36,573 nucleotides of DNA from a virus (taxonomy: Duplodnaviria > Heunggongvirae > Uroviricota > Caudoviricetes). The stretch lies in IMG/VR virus record IMGVR_UViG_2728369393_000013; one strand, 5' to 3'. Below are positions 1-10,381 of the stretch, one piece after another; position 1 is the first letter of the stretch; each line of letters begins with the position of its first letter. Made by a program: the position numbers and the translations under genes. The notes beneath the pieces are model-generated. The model ran no database searches. It was not told the DNA's origin and saw nothing but the letters and a program-made list of their open reading frames with translations.

Positions 1-234
1 ATGAAATCAAAAGACACCCTAAAGTGGTTCCCTGCGCAGCTTCCTGAAGTCAGAATTATCCTGGGAGATGCTGTCGTGGAAGTAGCAAAACAGGGAAGAC
101 CTATCAATACCAGAACATTGCTTGATTACATTGAAGGAAACATAAAGAAAAAGTCATGGCTGGATAACAAAGAATTATTACAAACAGCGATATCAGTTCT
201 TAAAGACAACCAAAATTTAAATGGTAAAGTGTAA
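1..234 (+). CDS. ydfK: Small YdfK/YnaE-like prophage protein (77 aa), complete ORF at window edge
   Basis: ATG at 1 to stop at 234; lies directly upstream of the pin gene as ydfK does in K-12 Qin; identity recalled from memory, not searched. Confidence 0.5.
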   Translation: MKSKDTLKWFPAQLPEVRIILGDAVVEVAKQGRPINTRTLLDYIEGNIKKKSWLDNKELLQTAISVLKDNQNLNGKV

Positions 235-613
235 TACCTCCCCTGAAAAATAATTTTTCAATGCATTAAAAAAATATCAACAACTACGTTATTCCGCAAC
301 AACCTACTTTTTTTACCATTTTTCCACTTTAACAACATTTTGCTCCACTTTACCACGACCAAACAACTTAAAATCTGGTTAAAATAACATACAACACTAT
401 TATTCGTCTTCCTCGAGTCCGCCCGGAGTTCGAAAAACAAACCGAGTTAAAGCCATTTTTCAAAAAATCGATTTTTGGTTACACCAAAATTACGGGACTG
501 CATCCGAATTCGTTTATTTTCGAACGTATACATACAAATATGTACAATAATAAGCGAAATAATTTTTGGATATGCATTATGATATGTACACCAATTTCGT
601 ATAGAGTCTCACT

Positions 614-1204
614 ATGTCTCGAATTTTTGCTTACTGTCGGATATCAACGCTGGATCAGACCACCGAAAATCAACGCCGGGAAATCGAAAGTGCAGGTTTT
701 AAAATCAAACCTCAGCAAATAATCGAAGAACACATTAGCGGCTCAGCAGCAACCAGTGAGCGTCCTGGTTTTAACCGGTTGCTTGCTCGCCTGAAATGTG
801 GTGATCAATTGATTGTGACAAAACTGGATCGCCTTGGTTGTAATGCAATGGATATCAGGAAAACAGTGGAACAACTGACCGAAACAGGTATCAGAGTGCA
901 TTGCTTAGCATTGGGGGGCATTGACCTGACCAGTCCAACAGGAAAAATGATGATGCAAGTAATTTCAGCAGTCGCTGAATTTGAACGAGACCTTTTACTT
1001 GAACGCACTCATTCCGGGATAGTAAGAGCCCGGGGCGCAGGGAAACGTTTTGGTCGACCACCTGTGTTAAATGAAGAACAGAAACAGGTGGTATTCGAAC
1101 GAATTAAGTCAGGTGTAAGTATAAGTGCCATTGCCCGGGAATTCAAAACCTCGCGGCAAACCATTTTAAGAGCCAAAGCAAAACTTCAGACACCTGACAT
1201 ATAA
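614..1204 (+). CDS. pin: Pin/Gin/Hin-family serine DNA invertase (196 aa)
   Basis: N-terminal [15 protein letters not shown] with catalytic-serine context typical of serine recombinases, C-terminal HTH; length matches PinQ/PinE/PinR; sits next to tail fibre assembly gene. Confidence 0.9.
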
Positions 1205-1759
1205 AAAATAATCTCGGTGTGAGATGCTTTACGTCTTCCAAGCCCCCTTCCTTGCCGTAAATGGAAAGATACATCTAATTATAGAATTTATATGTTTTAC
1301 CCTACGGCAGTGCTGGCCATTCAATATCCTGTGCAGTTGACGTATCAACACGGTTCAGCAATACCCGATACTTTTTCCATGCTTCCAGCAACGAGATTTC
1401 TTCCTCCGTTGCAATTTCCAGATCTGCAGCATCCTGAAGCGGCGCAATATGCTCACTGGCTACCTGCATCAGGTTGTTTTTTGTTTCTTCCGCCTCCCGG
1501 ATCCGGAACAGTTTTTCTGCTTCTGCATCTTTCACCCAGGCTGTGCCGTTCCACTTCTGAAACTCCCCTTCCGGCGATAACCAGGTAACATTTTCCGGTA
1601 ACGGACCGAGTTCAGAAATAAATAACGCGTCCCCTGACGCTACGTCATAAACCGTTTTACCCGATGGTCTTCAACGAGATGCCACGATGCCTCATTGAGG
1701 TAGCCTGAGTTTAACGGACACTCCTTCCTGAAATAGAATGGCATCAGAAGGAGCTAATA

Positions 1760-2062
1760 ATGAGCAGAAAAACCCAACGTTACTCTAAAGAGTTCAAAGC
1801 CGAAGCTGTCAGAACGGTTCTTGAAAATCAACTTTCGATCAGTGAAGGCGCTTCCCGATTATCTCTTCCTGAAGGCACTTTAGGACAATGGGTTACCGCC
1901 GCCAGAAAAGGGCTCGGTACTCCTGGTTCCCGCACGGTGGCTGAACTGGAATCTGAAATTCTGCAACTGCGTAAGGCGTTAAATGAAGCTCGCCTTGAGC
2001 GAGATATATTAAAAAAAGCAACAGCGTATTTTGCACAGGAGTCGCTGAAAAATACGCGTTAA
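1760..2062 (+). CDS. IS3-family transposase OrfA (HTH, leucine-zipper region), 100 aa
   Basis: MSRKTQRYSKEFKAEAVRTV... typical IS3 OrfA; ends just upstream of OrfB with slippery heptamer near 3' end. Confidence 0.85.
   Translation: MSRKTQRYSKEFKAEAVRTVLENQLSISEGASRLSLPEGTLGQWVTAARKGLGTPGSRTVAELESEILQLRKALNEARLERDILKKATAYFAQESLKNTR
2022..2028 (+). promoter_or_regulatory. Programmed -1 ribosomal frameshift slippery site AAAAAAG for OrfAB fusion transposase
   Basis: A AAA AAG motif in the orfA/orfB overlap region, the canonical IS3-family frameshift signal. Confidence 0.6.
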
Positions 2063-2097
2063 TCGAACAATGGCGACAACAATTTCCCATTGAAGCG

Positions 2098-2916
2098 ATG
2101 TGTCAGGTATTTGGTGTATCCAGGAGCGGTTATTACAACTGGGTACAGCATGAACCCTCAGACAGAAAACAAAGTGATGAGCGGCTAAAACTGGAGATTA
2201 AGGTGGCACATATCCGCACTCGCGAAACATATGGAACCCGGCGGCTCCAGACGGAGCTGGCAGAGAATGGCATCATCGTTGGTCGTGACCGACTGGCACG
2301 TCTTCGTAAGGAGCTAAGGCTACGCTGTAAGCAGAAACGCAAGTTCAGAGCGACTACGAACTCGAACCACAATCTGCCAGTTGCGCCAAATCTGCTGAAC
2401 CAGACGTTCGCTCCTACAGCACCAAATCAGGTCTGGGTGGCGGACCTGACGTATGTTGCCACACAGGAGGGATGGTTGTACCTCGCTGGCATCAAAGATG
2501 TTTATACGTGCGAAATTGTCGGCTACGCCATGGGAGAGCGCATGACAAAAGAGCTGACAGGTAAAGCCCTGTTTATGGCGCTCAGGAGCCAGCGCCCACC
2601 TGCCGGGCTAATCCACCACTCTGATCGAGGTTCACAGTACTGCGCATACGATTACCGGGTCATACAGGAGCAGTTTGGTCTGAAAACATCAATGTCGCGT
2701 AAAGGTAACTGTTACGACAACGCTCCGATGGAAAGCTTCTGGGGAACGCTGAAAAATGAGAGCCTGAGCCACTATCGTTTTAATAACCGGGATGAAGCCA
2801 TCTCAGTAATACGGGAATACATTGAGATTTTCTACAATCGTCAGCGTCGTCACTCTCGTCTGGGGAATATCTCCCCGGCAGCCTTCAGGGAAAAATATCA
2901 TCAGATGGCTGCTTAA
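2098..2916 (+). CDS. IS3-family transposase OrfB (DDE integrase core), 272 aa as annotated from first ATG
   Basis: Contains conserved integrase-core stretches ([32 protein letters not shown]); true product likely OrfAB via frameshift. Confidence 0.85.
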
Positions 2917-3142
2917 AAAAAGAACAAATGGTAGTGTCCGCTATTGCCAGTACACCTCACATCACTGTTGAAAACAGCCACAAAGCCAGCAGGAATATCT
3001 GGTGGTGCAATATCGGTACTGTTTGCTGGCAGACCTGTATGAGGCGGAATATATGCGTCACCTTCACCAATAAATTCATTAGTTCCGGCCAGCAGATTAT
3101 AAATTTTTATGGTCCGTGGTTGTTCACTCATTCTGAATGCCA

Positions 3143-3973
3143 TTATGCAAGCCTCACAATATAGTTAAATGCGATGTTTTTGACGGTGTTTTCCGTGTTA
3201 CCAGCAGCGTTAACGGTGATGGTGTGTCCATGTGAACCAATCGCAACGGAGTGCGTATGAGCACCAATACCGACAGTATGCGCGTGTGCACCTGCAGATG
3301 CTGCTGTGCCGGACAGTGAGTGGCTATGATTACCATCTGTACTGGTATTAGCTAACCACCCCGTAGACATACCTACTGAGCCTTGTACACCCCAGGTATT
3401 TTGACCTGAGCTTGTATAACCATATTGATAAGTATCTTTAAAAACACTGGGGTTAAATCGACGGCCATCTCTATGGCTGTGATTACCAGCTGCATTCGTG
3501 CTGCCACTTAAACTATGGGTATGCGCACCAGTGTTATTCGTGGATTTAGTGCCGTAATCAAACGACGATGTGGTTTTCGTCCCCAAATCCGTACTGGATG
3601 CGCTGGCGCTGTGGGTATGCGATTTAATGCCGTCCTGTTCCTGAGACAATACGGCCCGACCACTGGCAGGTTTGCCCTTAATCGTCCAGCCACGCATATC
3701 AGGGATCACGCCTGACGGATAAGCCGCTGCAAGTTTCGGGTAGGCAGATTTGTCAAAAGTCTGCCCCTGCATCAGGGCATAACCAGACGGAACGGTATCT
3801 GATGGCCACGGGATTGGTGCACCGACTGGATAAAACTCTGCAGGAGGATGAGCTGAGGTGTAAAGCTGCGCCCACGGCGACCAGTTTGCGTCGGTCGTAT
3901 CCCGTCGTGAACGAATAAATGCCGGAGCATGAGCACCGCTTGTATCCGGACGTGCTGACATCCTGTCCGGCAA
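3143..3973 (-). pseudogene. stf: Side tail fibre (stf) C-terminal receptor-binding remnant, 276 codons, lacking the N-terminal shaft
   Basis: Gly/Ser/Thr-rich sequence with repeated HxH motifs (GAHTHS, GNHSHR, GNHSHS, GAHAHT, GAHTHS, GSHGHT) typical of phage tail fibre tips; stop overlaps tfa start; upstream frame is the gene I remnant rather than stf N-terminus. Confidence 0.7.
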
Positions 3974-4162
3974 TACGCATCTGATACCAGCCGTCGCTCA
4001 GTTTCTGACGAAACGCAGGGAGCTGTGTGGCCAGCGCCCGGATGGCTTCGGCCCCGTTTTCACACGAAGGTCGATGCGGCGGCCAAATCGTTGCAAATCC
4101 CCGTAAAGGCAGATGCGTGCCATGCCCGGTGACGCCAGAGGGAGTGTGTGCGTCGCTGCCAT
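3946..4162 (-). pseudogene. I: Lambda gpI-like tail tip assembly gene remnant: 5' part only, frameshifted, 3' end deleted
   Basis: Minus-strand translation from ATG at 4162 gives MAATHTLPLASPGMARICLYGDLQRFGRRIDL, shifts frame at a G4 run (4052-4055), then [36 protein letters not shown]; homology stops at about 3946. Confidence 0.7.
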
Positions 4163-4802
4163 TTGTCGGTATACCTCTCTCGTTTGCTCAGTTGTTCAGG
4201 AATATGGTGCAGCAGCTCGCCGTCACCACAGTAAATGGCGGCATGATTCGGCACCGATGAACCAAAACAGCACAGCAGCACATCGCCCGGCTGCGCCGCT
4301 GACAACGGCACCTGATACAGCCCTGTGGCCTCCAGATTATCCAGATAGAGATTCTGACCGTGACGCCACCAGTCATCCTCGCGGTGAAAATCCGGAATCT
4401 CAATCCCCGCCAGATGGTAAGCATCCCGGAACAGCGTGTAACAGTCCGTCACCCCGTGCTCAAAGCGCCGCCCGGTAAGATGCGGCACACAGCGGAACTT
4501 GTGAATCGCCCCCGGCAGACCAGCCACCACGGCAAATCACTCTGCACCTGCAGCCGCCGGTCAGCCTCACTCAGCCAGGGCAGACCACCGGGATGACTGT
4601 GGACCAGCGCCACAATCTCACCCTGCATTTGTGCACGCAACCAGTCCTCCGGCGACATCCGGAAATACTCCTCCGGCTCACCGGAGATATTCACGCAGGG
4701 GAAATATCTTTCCCCCTCCGGCGTTCTCACTACGAAGCCGCACGACTCCGCTGGCGCACATCGTCGGGCGTGCGCCAGAATCGCTGATTCTGTCTCTGTC
4801 AT
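4060..4802 (-). pseudogene. K: Lambda gpK-like tail tip protein (NlpC/P60-type), frameshifted near 4500
   Basis: Two overlapping minus ORFs (4449-4802 and 4060-4530) carry N- and C-terminal halves of a gpK-like protein (ESCGFVV...HSHPGG and IHKFRCVPHLTGRRFEHGVTDCY). Confidence 0.75.
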
Positions 4803-4807
4803 GGGAT

Positions 4808-5506
4808 TTACTGCGAAAGTTTGTTAATGGAAAGGAAGCCGCCAAAGTTGCCGACATTATTGCGAAACTTACAGCCACTCAGGCATTTGCTGCATTTATC
4901 CTTCGTGATATCGGACGTCGGCTGGTCATATTCATCCGCGACCGCCGGACCGTGATAACCGCACTCATCACCGCGATAGGTCCAGGTGCAGGTATTAGCC
5001 AGCATGATGCGCCCCGGAAAAACGGCACCATCCGTTTCAGTCGGCGTGGACAGTACAAAGGAGGCACTGACCGCGCTCAGTTCGCTGCACTGCTCGATGC
5101 GCCAGCGGCTAATCACCTCCTGCTCCGGATCGGCGTCGCTGTTTCCGTTGACGAAGTTCACCGCATCCAGAAAACGGGCATAAACCTTACGCCTGACCAC
5201 CGTTCCGCCGACCAGACTCTGTAGATCTTCCGCCATCCCGGTGACCATGCCATACAGGTTAGAAACCGTCAGCGTGGGGCGCGTACTGGTGCCTTTGCCA
5301 TTCAGTTCGAAACCACTCCCCTGAATGGGATACGCCTGATACTGTCGCCCCTGCCAGGTGACCGGCTCACCTTTTTCGTTCTGCTCATTACAGAAAAAAT
5401 AACGTTCTCCACCAACCTCTGTCAGATCGATTTCCCAGAGCACCACGCTGGCAGACTGCTCCGCACGGGTGCATTCATTCAGTGTTTCCTGTCGGATATC
5501 CTGCAT
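4808..5506 (-). CDS. L: Lambda gpL-like tail tip assembly protein (232 aa)
   Basis: Length and position between M and K as in lambda; Cys-rich C-terminus; synteny. Confidence 0.75.
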   Translation of the reverse strand: MQDIRQETLNECTRAEQSASVVLWEIDLTEVGGERYFFCNEQNEKGEPVTWQGRQYQAYPIQGSGFELNGKGTSTRPTLTVSNLYGMVTGMAEDLQSLVGGTVVRRKVYARFLDAVNFVNGNSDADPEQEVISRWRIEQCSELSAVSASFVLSTPTETDGAVFPGRIMLANTCTWTYRGDECGYHGPAVADEYDQPTSDITKDKCSKCLSGCKFRNNVGNFGGFLSINKLSQ

Positions 5507-5835
5507 CAGTTCACCACCTGTTCAAACTCTGCGCTGAACTCAACACGCAGCATACTGACCCGCGACGACCATTTTGCGCAGGTCACCTTTATCTGCCGCC
5601 ACTCATAAGGCGGCGTCCACAGAAAGGATTTCCAGCCACCGTGCTCTTCCAGAAACGACTCCAGTACCGTGGCCTCCTCACGGGGGACAGAAAGCGTCAC
5701 GCTGTACGTTTTCAGGTTGGCATTCAGCCCGGCAGGCGCTCGCTGGGAATAGCCATCACCAAAGCGCACCTTTCTTACAGAAGGGGCCGAAGCCACATCC
5801 ATACCGGGTTTCACTTTCCAGCGGAAGGTCTTCAT
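5506..5835 (-). CDS. M: Lambda gpM-like minor tail protein (109 aa)
   Basis: Size and position immediately downstream of the tape measure gene; synteny. Confidence 0.75.
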   Translation of the reverse strand: MKTFRWKVKPGMDVASAPSVRKVRFGDGYSQRAPAGLNANLKTYSVTLSVPREEATVLESFLEEHGGWKSFLWTPPYEWRQIKVTCAKWSSRVSMLRVEFSAEFEQVVN

Positions 5836-8391
5836 CGTCCACCTCCGGAGAACAGGCCACCATCACGCATCTGTGTCTGAATTTCATCACGGGCACCCTT
5901 GCGGGCCATGTCATACACCGCCTTCAGAGCAGCCGGACCTATCTGCCCGTTCGTGCCGTCGTTGTTAATCACCACATGGTTATTCTGCTCAAACGTCCCG
6001 GACGCCTGCGACCGGCTGTCTGCCATGCTGCCCGGTGTACCGACATAACCGCCGGTGGCATAGCCGCGCATCAGCCGGTAAAGATTCCCCACGCCAATCC
6101 GGCTGGTTGCCTCCTTCGTGAAGACAAACTCACCACGGTGAACAATCCCCGCTGGCTCATATTTGCCGCCGGTTCCCGTAAATCCTCCGGTTGCAAAATG
6201 GAATTTCGCCGCAGCGGCCTGAATGGCTGTACCGCCTGACGCGGATGCGCCGACACCAACAGCCCCGCCAATGGCGCTGCCGATACTCCCGACAATCCCC
6301 ACCATTGCCTGCTTAAGCAGAATTTCTGTCATCATGGACAGCACGGAACGGGTGAAGCTGCGCCAGTTCTGCTCACTGCCGGTCAGCATCGCCGCCATAT
6401 TCTGTGCAATACCATCAAAGGTCTGCGTGGCTGCACTTTTTACCTGCGACATACTGTCCGTGGCGCTCTCTTCCCACTCACTCCAGCCGGACTTCAGGCC
6501 TGCCATCCAGTTCCCGCGAAGCTGGTCTTCAGCCGCCCAGGTCTTTTTCTGCTCTGACATGACGTTATTCAGCGCCAGCGGATTATCGCCATACTGTTCC
6601 TTCAGGCGCTGTTCCGTGGCTTCCCGTTCTGCCTGCCGGTCAGTCAGCCCCGGCTTTTCGCATCAATGGCGGCCCGTTTTGCCCGTTGCTGCTGTGCGAA
6701 TTTATCCGCCTGCTGCGCCAGCGCGTTCAGGTGCTCCTGATACGTAACCTTGTCGCCAAGTGCAGCCAGCTGGCGTTTGTACTCCAGCGTCTCATCTTTA
6801 TGCGCCAGCAGGGATTTCTCCTGTGCAGACAGCTGGCGACGTTGCGCCGCCTCCTCCAGTACCGCGAACTGACTCTCCGCCTTCCACAAATCCCGGCGCT
6901 GCTGGCTGATTTTCTCATTTGCTCCGGCATGCTTCTCCAGCGTCCGGAGTTCAGCCTGAAGCGTCAGCAGGGCAGCATGAGCACTGTCTTCCTGACGATC
7001 GCCCGCAGACATCTTCACGCCGGACTGTTTCGGCTTTCTCAGCGTCGCTTCATAGTCCTTTTTCGCCGCCGCCATCAGCGTGTTGTAATCTGCCTGCAGA
7101 ATTTTCCCGTCCTTCAGTGCCTTGTTCAGTTCTTCCTGACGGGCGGTATATTTCTCCAGCGGCGTCTGCAGCCGTTCGTAAGCTTTCTGCGCCTCTTCGG
7201 TATATTTCAGCCGTGACGCTTCAGTATCGCTCTGCTGCTGCGCATTTTTGTCCTGTTGACTCTGCTGTTCAGCCTTCTTTCTCGCGGCTTCAAGCGCAAG
7301 ACGGGCCTTTTCACGATCATCCCAGTAACGCGCCCGCGCTTCATCGTTAACAAAATAATCATCCTTGCGCAGACTCCAGATGTCGTCCGCTTTCTTAAAC
7401 GCAGCCTCTGCCTTAATCAGCATCTCCTGAGCGGTATCAGGACGACCAATATCCAGCACCGCATCCCACATGGATTTGAATGCCCGCGCTGTCCTGTCTG
7501 CCCAGGTCTCCAGCGTACCCATGTTCTCTTTCAGGCGGCGGGTCTGGTCATCAAACCCTTTCGTCGCGGCCTCGTTCGCCGCCTGCAATGCCCCGGCTTC
7601 ATCGCCGGAACGCTGCAACTGAGCAACATACGCAATCTGCTCCGCCGTCACGTTATGGAACTGGCGTGCCATCGCTGTCAGCCCTGACGTCGGGTCTGTG
7701 GTCAGCTTCCGAAGGCTTCAGCGACCTTGTCCACCTCCACGCCGGATGCAGAGGAGAAACGCGCCACACTCTGGCTGATGGATGCAATCTGAGCCTCACC
7801 GCTTACTCCCGCCTTAACCAGTGCGCTGAGTGACTCGCTGGTCTGGTTAAACGTCAGCCCTGCCGCCTGCCCGGCTCTGGACAGGACCAGCATACGATCT
7901 GCCGTCAGACCCGACTGATTGCCGGAAAGGACAAGCGTTTTGTTGAAATCGGACAGGGTTGAGTTGCCCTGATACCAGGCATACGCCAGCGCACCGGTCG
8001 CCACCGCCAGCGAGGTGGCCCCGACCATCGGCAGGGTGATCGCACCGGCAAGCCCCCGGAACATGGGGATCATCCCGCCGAAGGAGTCCTTCACCTGCCC
8101 CCCCTGTTGCAGCAGGATCAGCCACGGACTTTGCCCGCCTGCAAGCTGCGTGGCCACGTCAGTGAACTGCGCAGGCAGCATACGCATGGCGGCTTTATAC
8201 TGCCCGACGGAAATTCCCGCTTTCTGTGCAGCCAGCGCCTGCCGGTTCATCGACTGTTCAACGACTGCCGCTGTTTTTTTCGCATCACTTTCCGTACCGG
8301 AAAAATGACGCCTGACTCTGGCCATCTGCTCGTCAAATCTGGCCGCATCCAGACTCAAATCAACGACCAGATCGCCTACCGGTTCAGCCAT
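5832..8391 (-). pseudogene. H: Lambda gpH-like tail tape measure gene broken into three frames (8391-7702, 7672-6644, 6560-5832)
   Basis: N-terminal MAEPVGDLVVDLSLDAARFDEQ, middle MARQFHNV...coiled-coil Ala/Gln/Lys-rich, C-terminal MSEQKKTW...GGR; frame changes at AA-for-AAA near 7690 and G4-for-G5 near 6612. Confidence 0.8.
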
Positions 8392-8818
8392 ACCGGACTC
8401 CTCCTGCGATCCCTTCTGATACTGTCATCAGCATTACGTCATCCTCCGTCATGTCCGCCACATCCGGGGAAGTAGGGATAACTTCATTCCCGTCCGGGCC
8501 AAAGCGGACACCTCCGCCAAGCCCTGCCGCTTTCTGCATCAGCACATCATCTTCAGGCTCTTCGTCAGCCTCGCGCCGGTTCAGCAAACTGAAATCCAGC
8601 GGATGCATATCCGGATCGCTGAAAAACAGGCTGAGCACGGTGTACGTCAGCCCGGAAAAGTGCATATCCAGCAGAACATCATGAAAATAATGGGTACTGT
8701 AAAAGCGGTGCCAGTCGGCATACTCCGTGGATGACATCCCGGCAAGCATGGCACGCCAGTCGGGTCGCCCCATCTCACGCGCCAGTTTCAGGGCAAAACT
8801 CAGCTCACCGTCGAACAC
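8384..8818 (-). CDS. T: Tail assembly chaperone T region (expressed as G-T fusion by -1 frameshift)
   Basis: ORF in -1 frame overlapping 3' end of G; slippery GGGAAAG present at overlap. Confidence 0.7.
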   Translation of the reverse strand: MFDGELSFALKLAREMGRPDWRAMLAGMSSTEYADWHRFYSTHYFHDVLLDMHFSGLTYTVLSLFFSDPDMHPLDFSLLNRREADEEPEDDVLMQKAAGLGGGVRFGPDGNEVIPTSPDVADMTEDDVMLMTVSEGIAGGVRYG

Positions 8819-9222
8819 TTTCCCGCAGAAACAGGCTCTGCAGGCCCGGCGTCCTCTGCCTGTTCAGGGGCATCATTCACCACAAACTCATACATACCGG
8901 ACAGCCGGTACACCACGTTTTCAGCATGAGAAATTGCCTCTGTGGGCCAGGTGGTAAGCACTTCCTGCTCAATCTGTTTAACGGCTTCATTCATGGAAGG
9001 CTGCTTTGTCTTCTGCGGATGGTTATGCCACAGGGACATAGCCACCACAAAAGCACCGGTTCTGATGGCGTCTTCCACAGTAAACTTCCGGTTGCTGTCT
9101 GACTCCGCCTGTTCTGCCTGCCGTTTCATCAGGGCGAGATGCTCAATACGCTGCAGGGCTGACAGTTCAGAAAGCGTGACGGTCACGCCGTTATGTTCAA
9201 ATGATTCGGTTTTCAGGAACAT
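8800..9222 (-). CDS. G: Lambda gpG-like tail assembly chaperone (140 aa)
   Basis: MFLKTESFEHNGVTVTLSELSALQRIEHLALMKRQ...; position between V and H; overlap with T. Confidence 0.8.
   Translation of the reverse strand: MFLKTESFEHNGVTVTLSELSALQRIEHLALMKRQAEQAESDSNRKFTVEDAIRTGAFVVAMSLWHNHPQKTKQPSMNEAVKQIEQEVLTTWPTEAISHAENVVYRLSGMYEFVVNDAPEQAEDAGPAEPVSAGKCSTVS
8818..8824 (-). promoter_or_regulatory. Conserved G GGA AAG slippery heptamer for G to G-T programmed -1 frameshift
   Basis: Plus-strand CTTTCCC at 8818-8824 equals minus-strand GGGAAAG at the G/T overlap. Confidence 0.65.
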
Positions 9223-9237
9223 CGCTGACTCTCCGGA

Positions 9238-9978
9238 TTAACTGTCGGTGACAGTGATTTCTGCAACCGCAGCAAGTTCACCATTACCGGATACAACCGG
9301 AATGTTGACCTTACCTGCAGCAACGCCTTTCACGGTGATGGTCATACCACTGACCGACACGGTGGCTTTTGTTTTATCCGCTGACACCGCACGGAAGCTC
9401 TTGTCAGTTGCGCCCTCCGGCTGGAATGCCACGGTCAGCGTGGTGCTCTGCCCTTTCACCACCGAGGAGCTGGCAGGCGTCACGGTCATACCGGTTGCCG
9501 CCGTCACCGTACTGCGATCTTCTGCCATTGACGGACGGCCCACATTGGTGATCTTCACCGTACGGGTGATCACTTCCTTCGCCGTCACCGCCTTACCGAT
9601 ACTGCTGACCCAGCCACGGAACACATCGACCGTGCCGTTCGGGAAGCGGATTTTATAGGCACGGGTATCACCTTCATTAAACCACACCAGCAGCGCCTGC
9701 TGCCCCTGCTCTCCGGGCATCCACGCCAGCGTGAAGCTGGTATCTCCGGCGGATTTTTGCCCCTGTCCGGTCGCGGTCCAGTCTGCATCTTCATCATCGA
9801 GATAACTGTCGTCATAGGACTCAGCGGTCAGTTCGCCGGGCGTCAGGTCTTTAACTTTAGCCAGACGCGACCAGTCAACGTCTGAAAGCGGGTTCGCATA
9901 AGGGTCACCGTTCCCCTGATAAACCCACAGTGTGGTCCCGGCACCTTTCACCGGCATTACAGGATTTGGTACAGGCAT
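9238..9978 (-). CDS. V: Lambda gpV-like major tail tube protein (246 aa from MPVPNP start)
   Basis: [22 protein letters not shown]..., C-terminal Ig-like region; start chosen at ATG 9978 preceded by GAGG, 11 nt after U stop. Confidence 0.85.
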   Translation of the reverse strand: MPVPNPVMPVKGAGTTLWVYQGNGDPYANPLSDVDWSRLAKVKDLTPGELTAESYDDSYLDDEDADWTATGQGQKSAGDTSFTLAWMPGEQGQQALLVWFNEGDTRAYKIRFPNGTVDVFRGWVSSIGKAVTAKEVITRTVKITNVGRPSMAEDRSTVTAATGMTVTPASSSVVKGQSTTLTVAFQPEGATDKSFRAVSADKTKATVSVSGMTITVKGVAAGKVNIPVVSGNGELAAVAEITVTDS

Positions 9979-9985
9979 ATCGTCC

Positions 9986-10381
9986 TCACATTTCATAGGT
10001 AATGACATAAGTCAGATCGGCAGCACTCCACAGGCCCGCATCATCGTCGCGCCGGTAGTCATAGCCGCTGGCCACCATACTGGTGATCAAATCTGACAGT
10101 GCAGGGATATCGCTCATCACCGGATAAATCCGGGACTCCATCCACGCATCCAGCTCTGAATCCGGCACCTGAGCAGGCAGGAAAACTTCGATATGCAGCT
10201 CCGCCTGCCAGGTATCGCTGTCCAGCTCTTCGCCCGTGTATTCAGCGCCGGTGAGATAAACGGCAACTGCCGGAAAATCCGCCTCATCAAAAACAGCGGG
10301 GCGACCATCAAAAAACGTCGCCCCGGTGTCATGCTTCTCCAGTGCATCCAGTACGGCTGCACGGAGTTCAGTATGTTTCAT
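9986..10381 (-). CDS. U: Lambda gpU-like tail terminator protein (131 aa)
   Basis: [48 protein letters not shown]...; synteny. Confidence 0.85.
   Translation of the reverse strand: MKHTELRAAVLDALEKHDTGATFFDGRPAVFDEADFPAVAVYLTGAEYTGEELDSDTWQAELHIEVFLPAQVPDSELDAWMESRIYPVMSDIPALSDLITSMVASGYDYRRDDDAGLWSAADLTYVITYEM

Larger units (their letters stand above)
1696..2959 (+). mobile_element. IS3-family insertion sequence, IS600-like, 1264 bp, flanked by 3-bp direct repeat CAT (1693-1695 and 2960-2962)
   Basis: Imperfect terminal inverted repeats starting TGAGGT at left (1696) and ending ACCTCA at right (2959), sharing CGGACACT; two overlapping transposase ORFs with A6G slippery site; element length matches IS600. 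Confidence 0.85.
1302..3143 (-). pseudogene. tfa: Tail fibre assembly gene tfa split by IS insertion (N-terminal 61 codons at 2960-3143, C-terminal part at 1302-1695)
   Basis: Minus-strand ORF 2913-3143 begins [24 protein letters not shown] and runs into IS sequence after FNSD; removing 1696-2959 gives one continuous frame ([16 protein letters not shown]...EWPALP stop at 1302). Confidence 0.85.

Noticed and set aside
540-722. 60-aa ORF overlapping the pin start
   Set aside because: Out-of-frame overlap with the well-supported invertase gene; no independent evidence
1292-1588. 98-aa plus-strand ORF
   Set aside because: Antisense to the tfa C-terminal segment
4631-5224. 197-aa plus-strand ORF and other plus-strand ORFs across K, L, M (4113-5880)
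   Set aside because: Antisense to the gpK/gpL/gpM coding regions; Arg/Pro/Ser-rich shadow translations
6223-7687. Several plus-strand ORFs of 143-176 aa (6223-6747, 6686-7216, 6919-7350, 7256-7687)
   Set aside because: They are antisense shadows of the tape measure gene H, with low-complexity Arg/Leu/Pro/Ser-rich translations and no start signals
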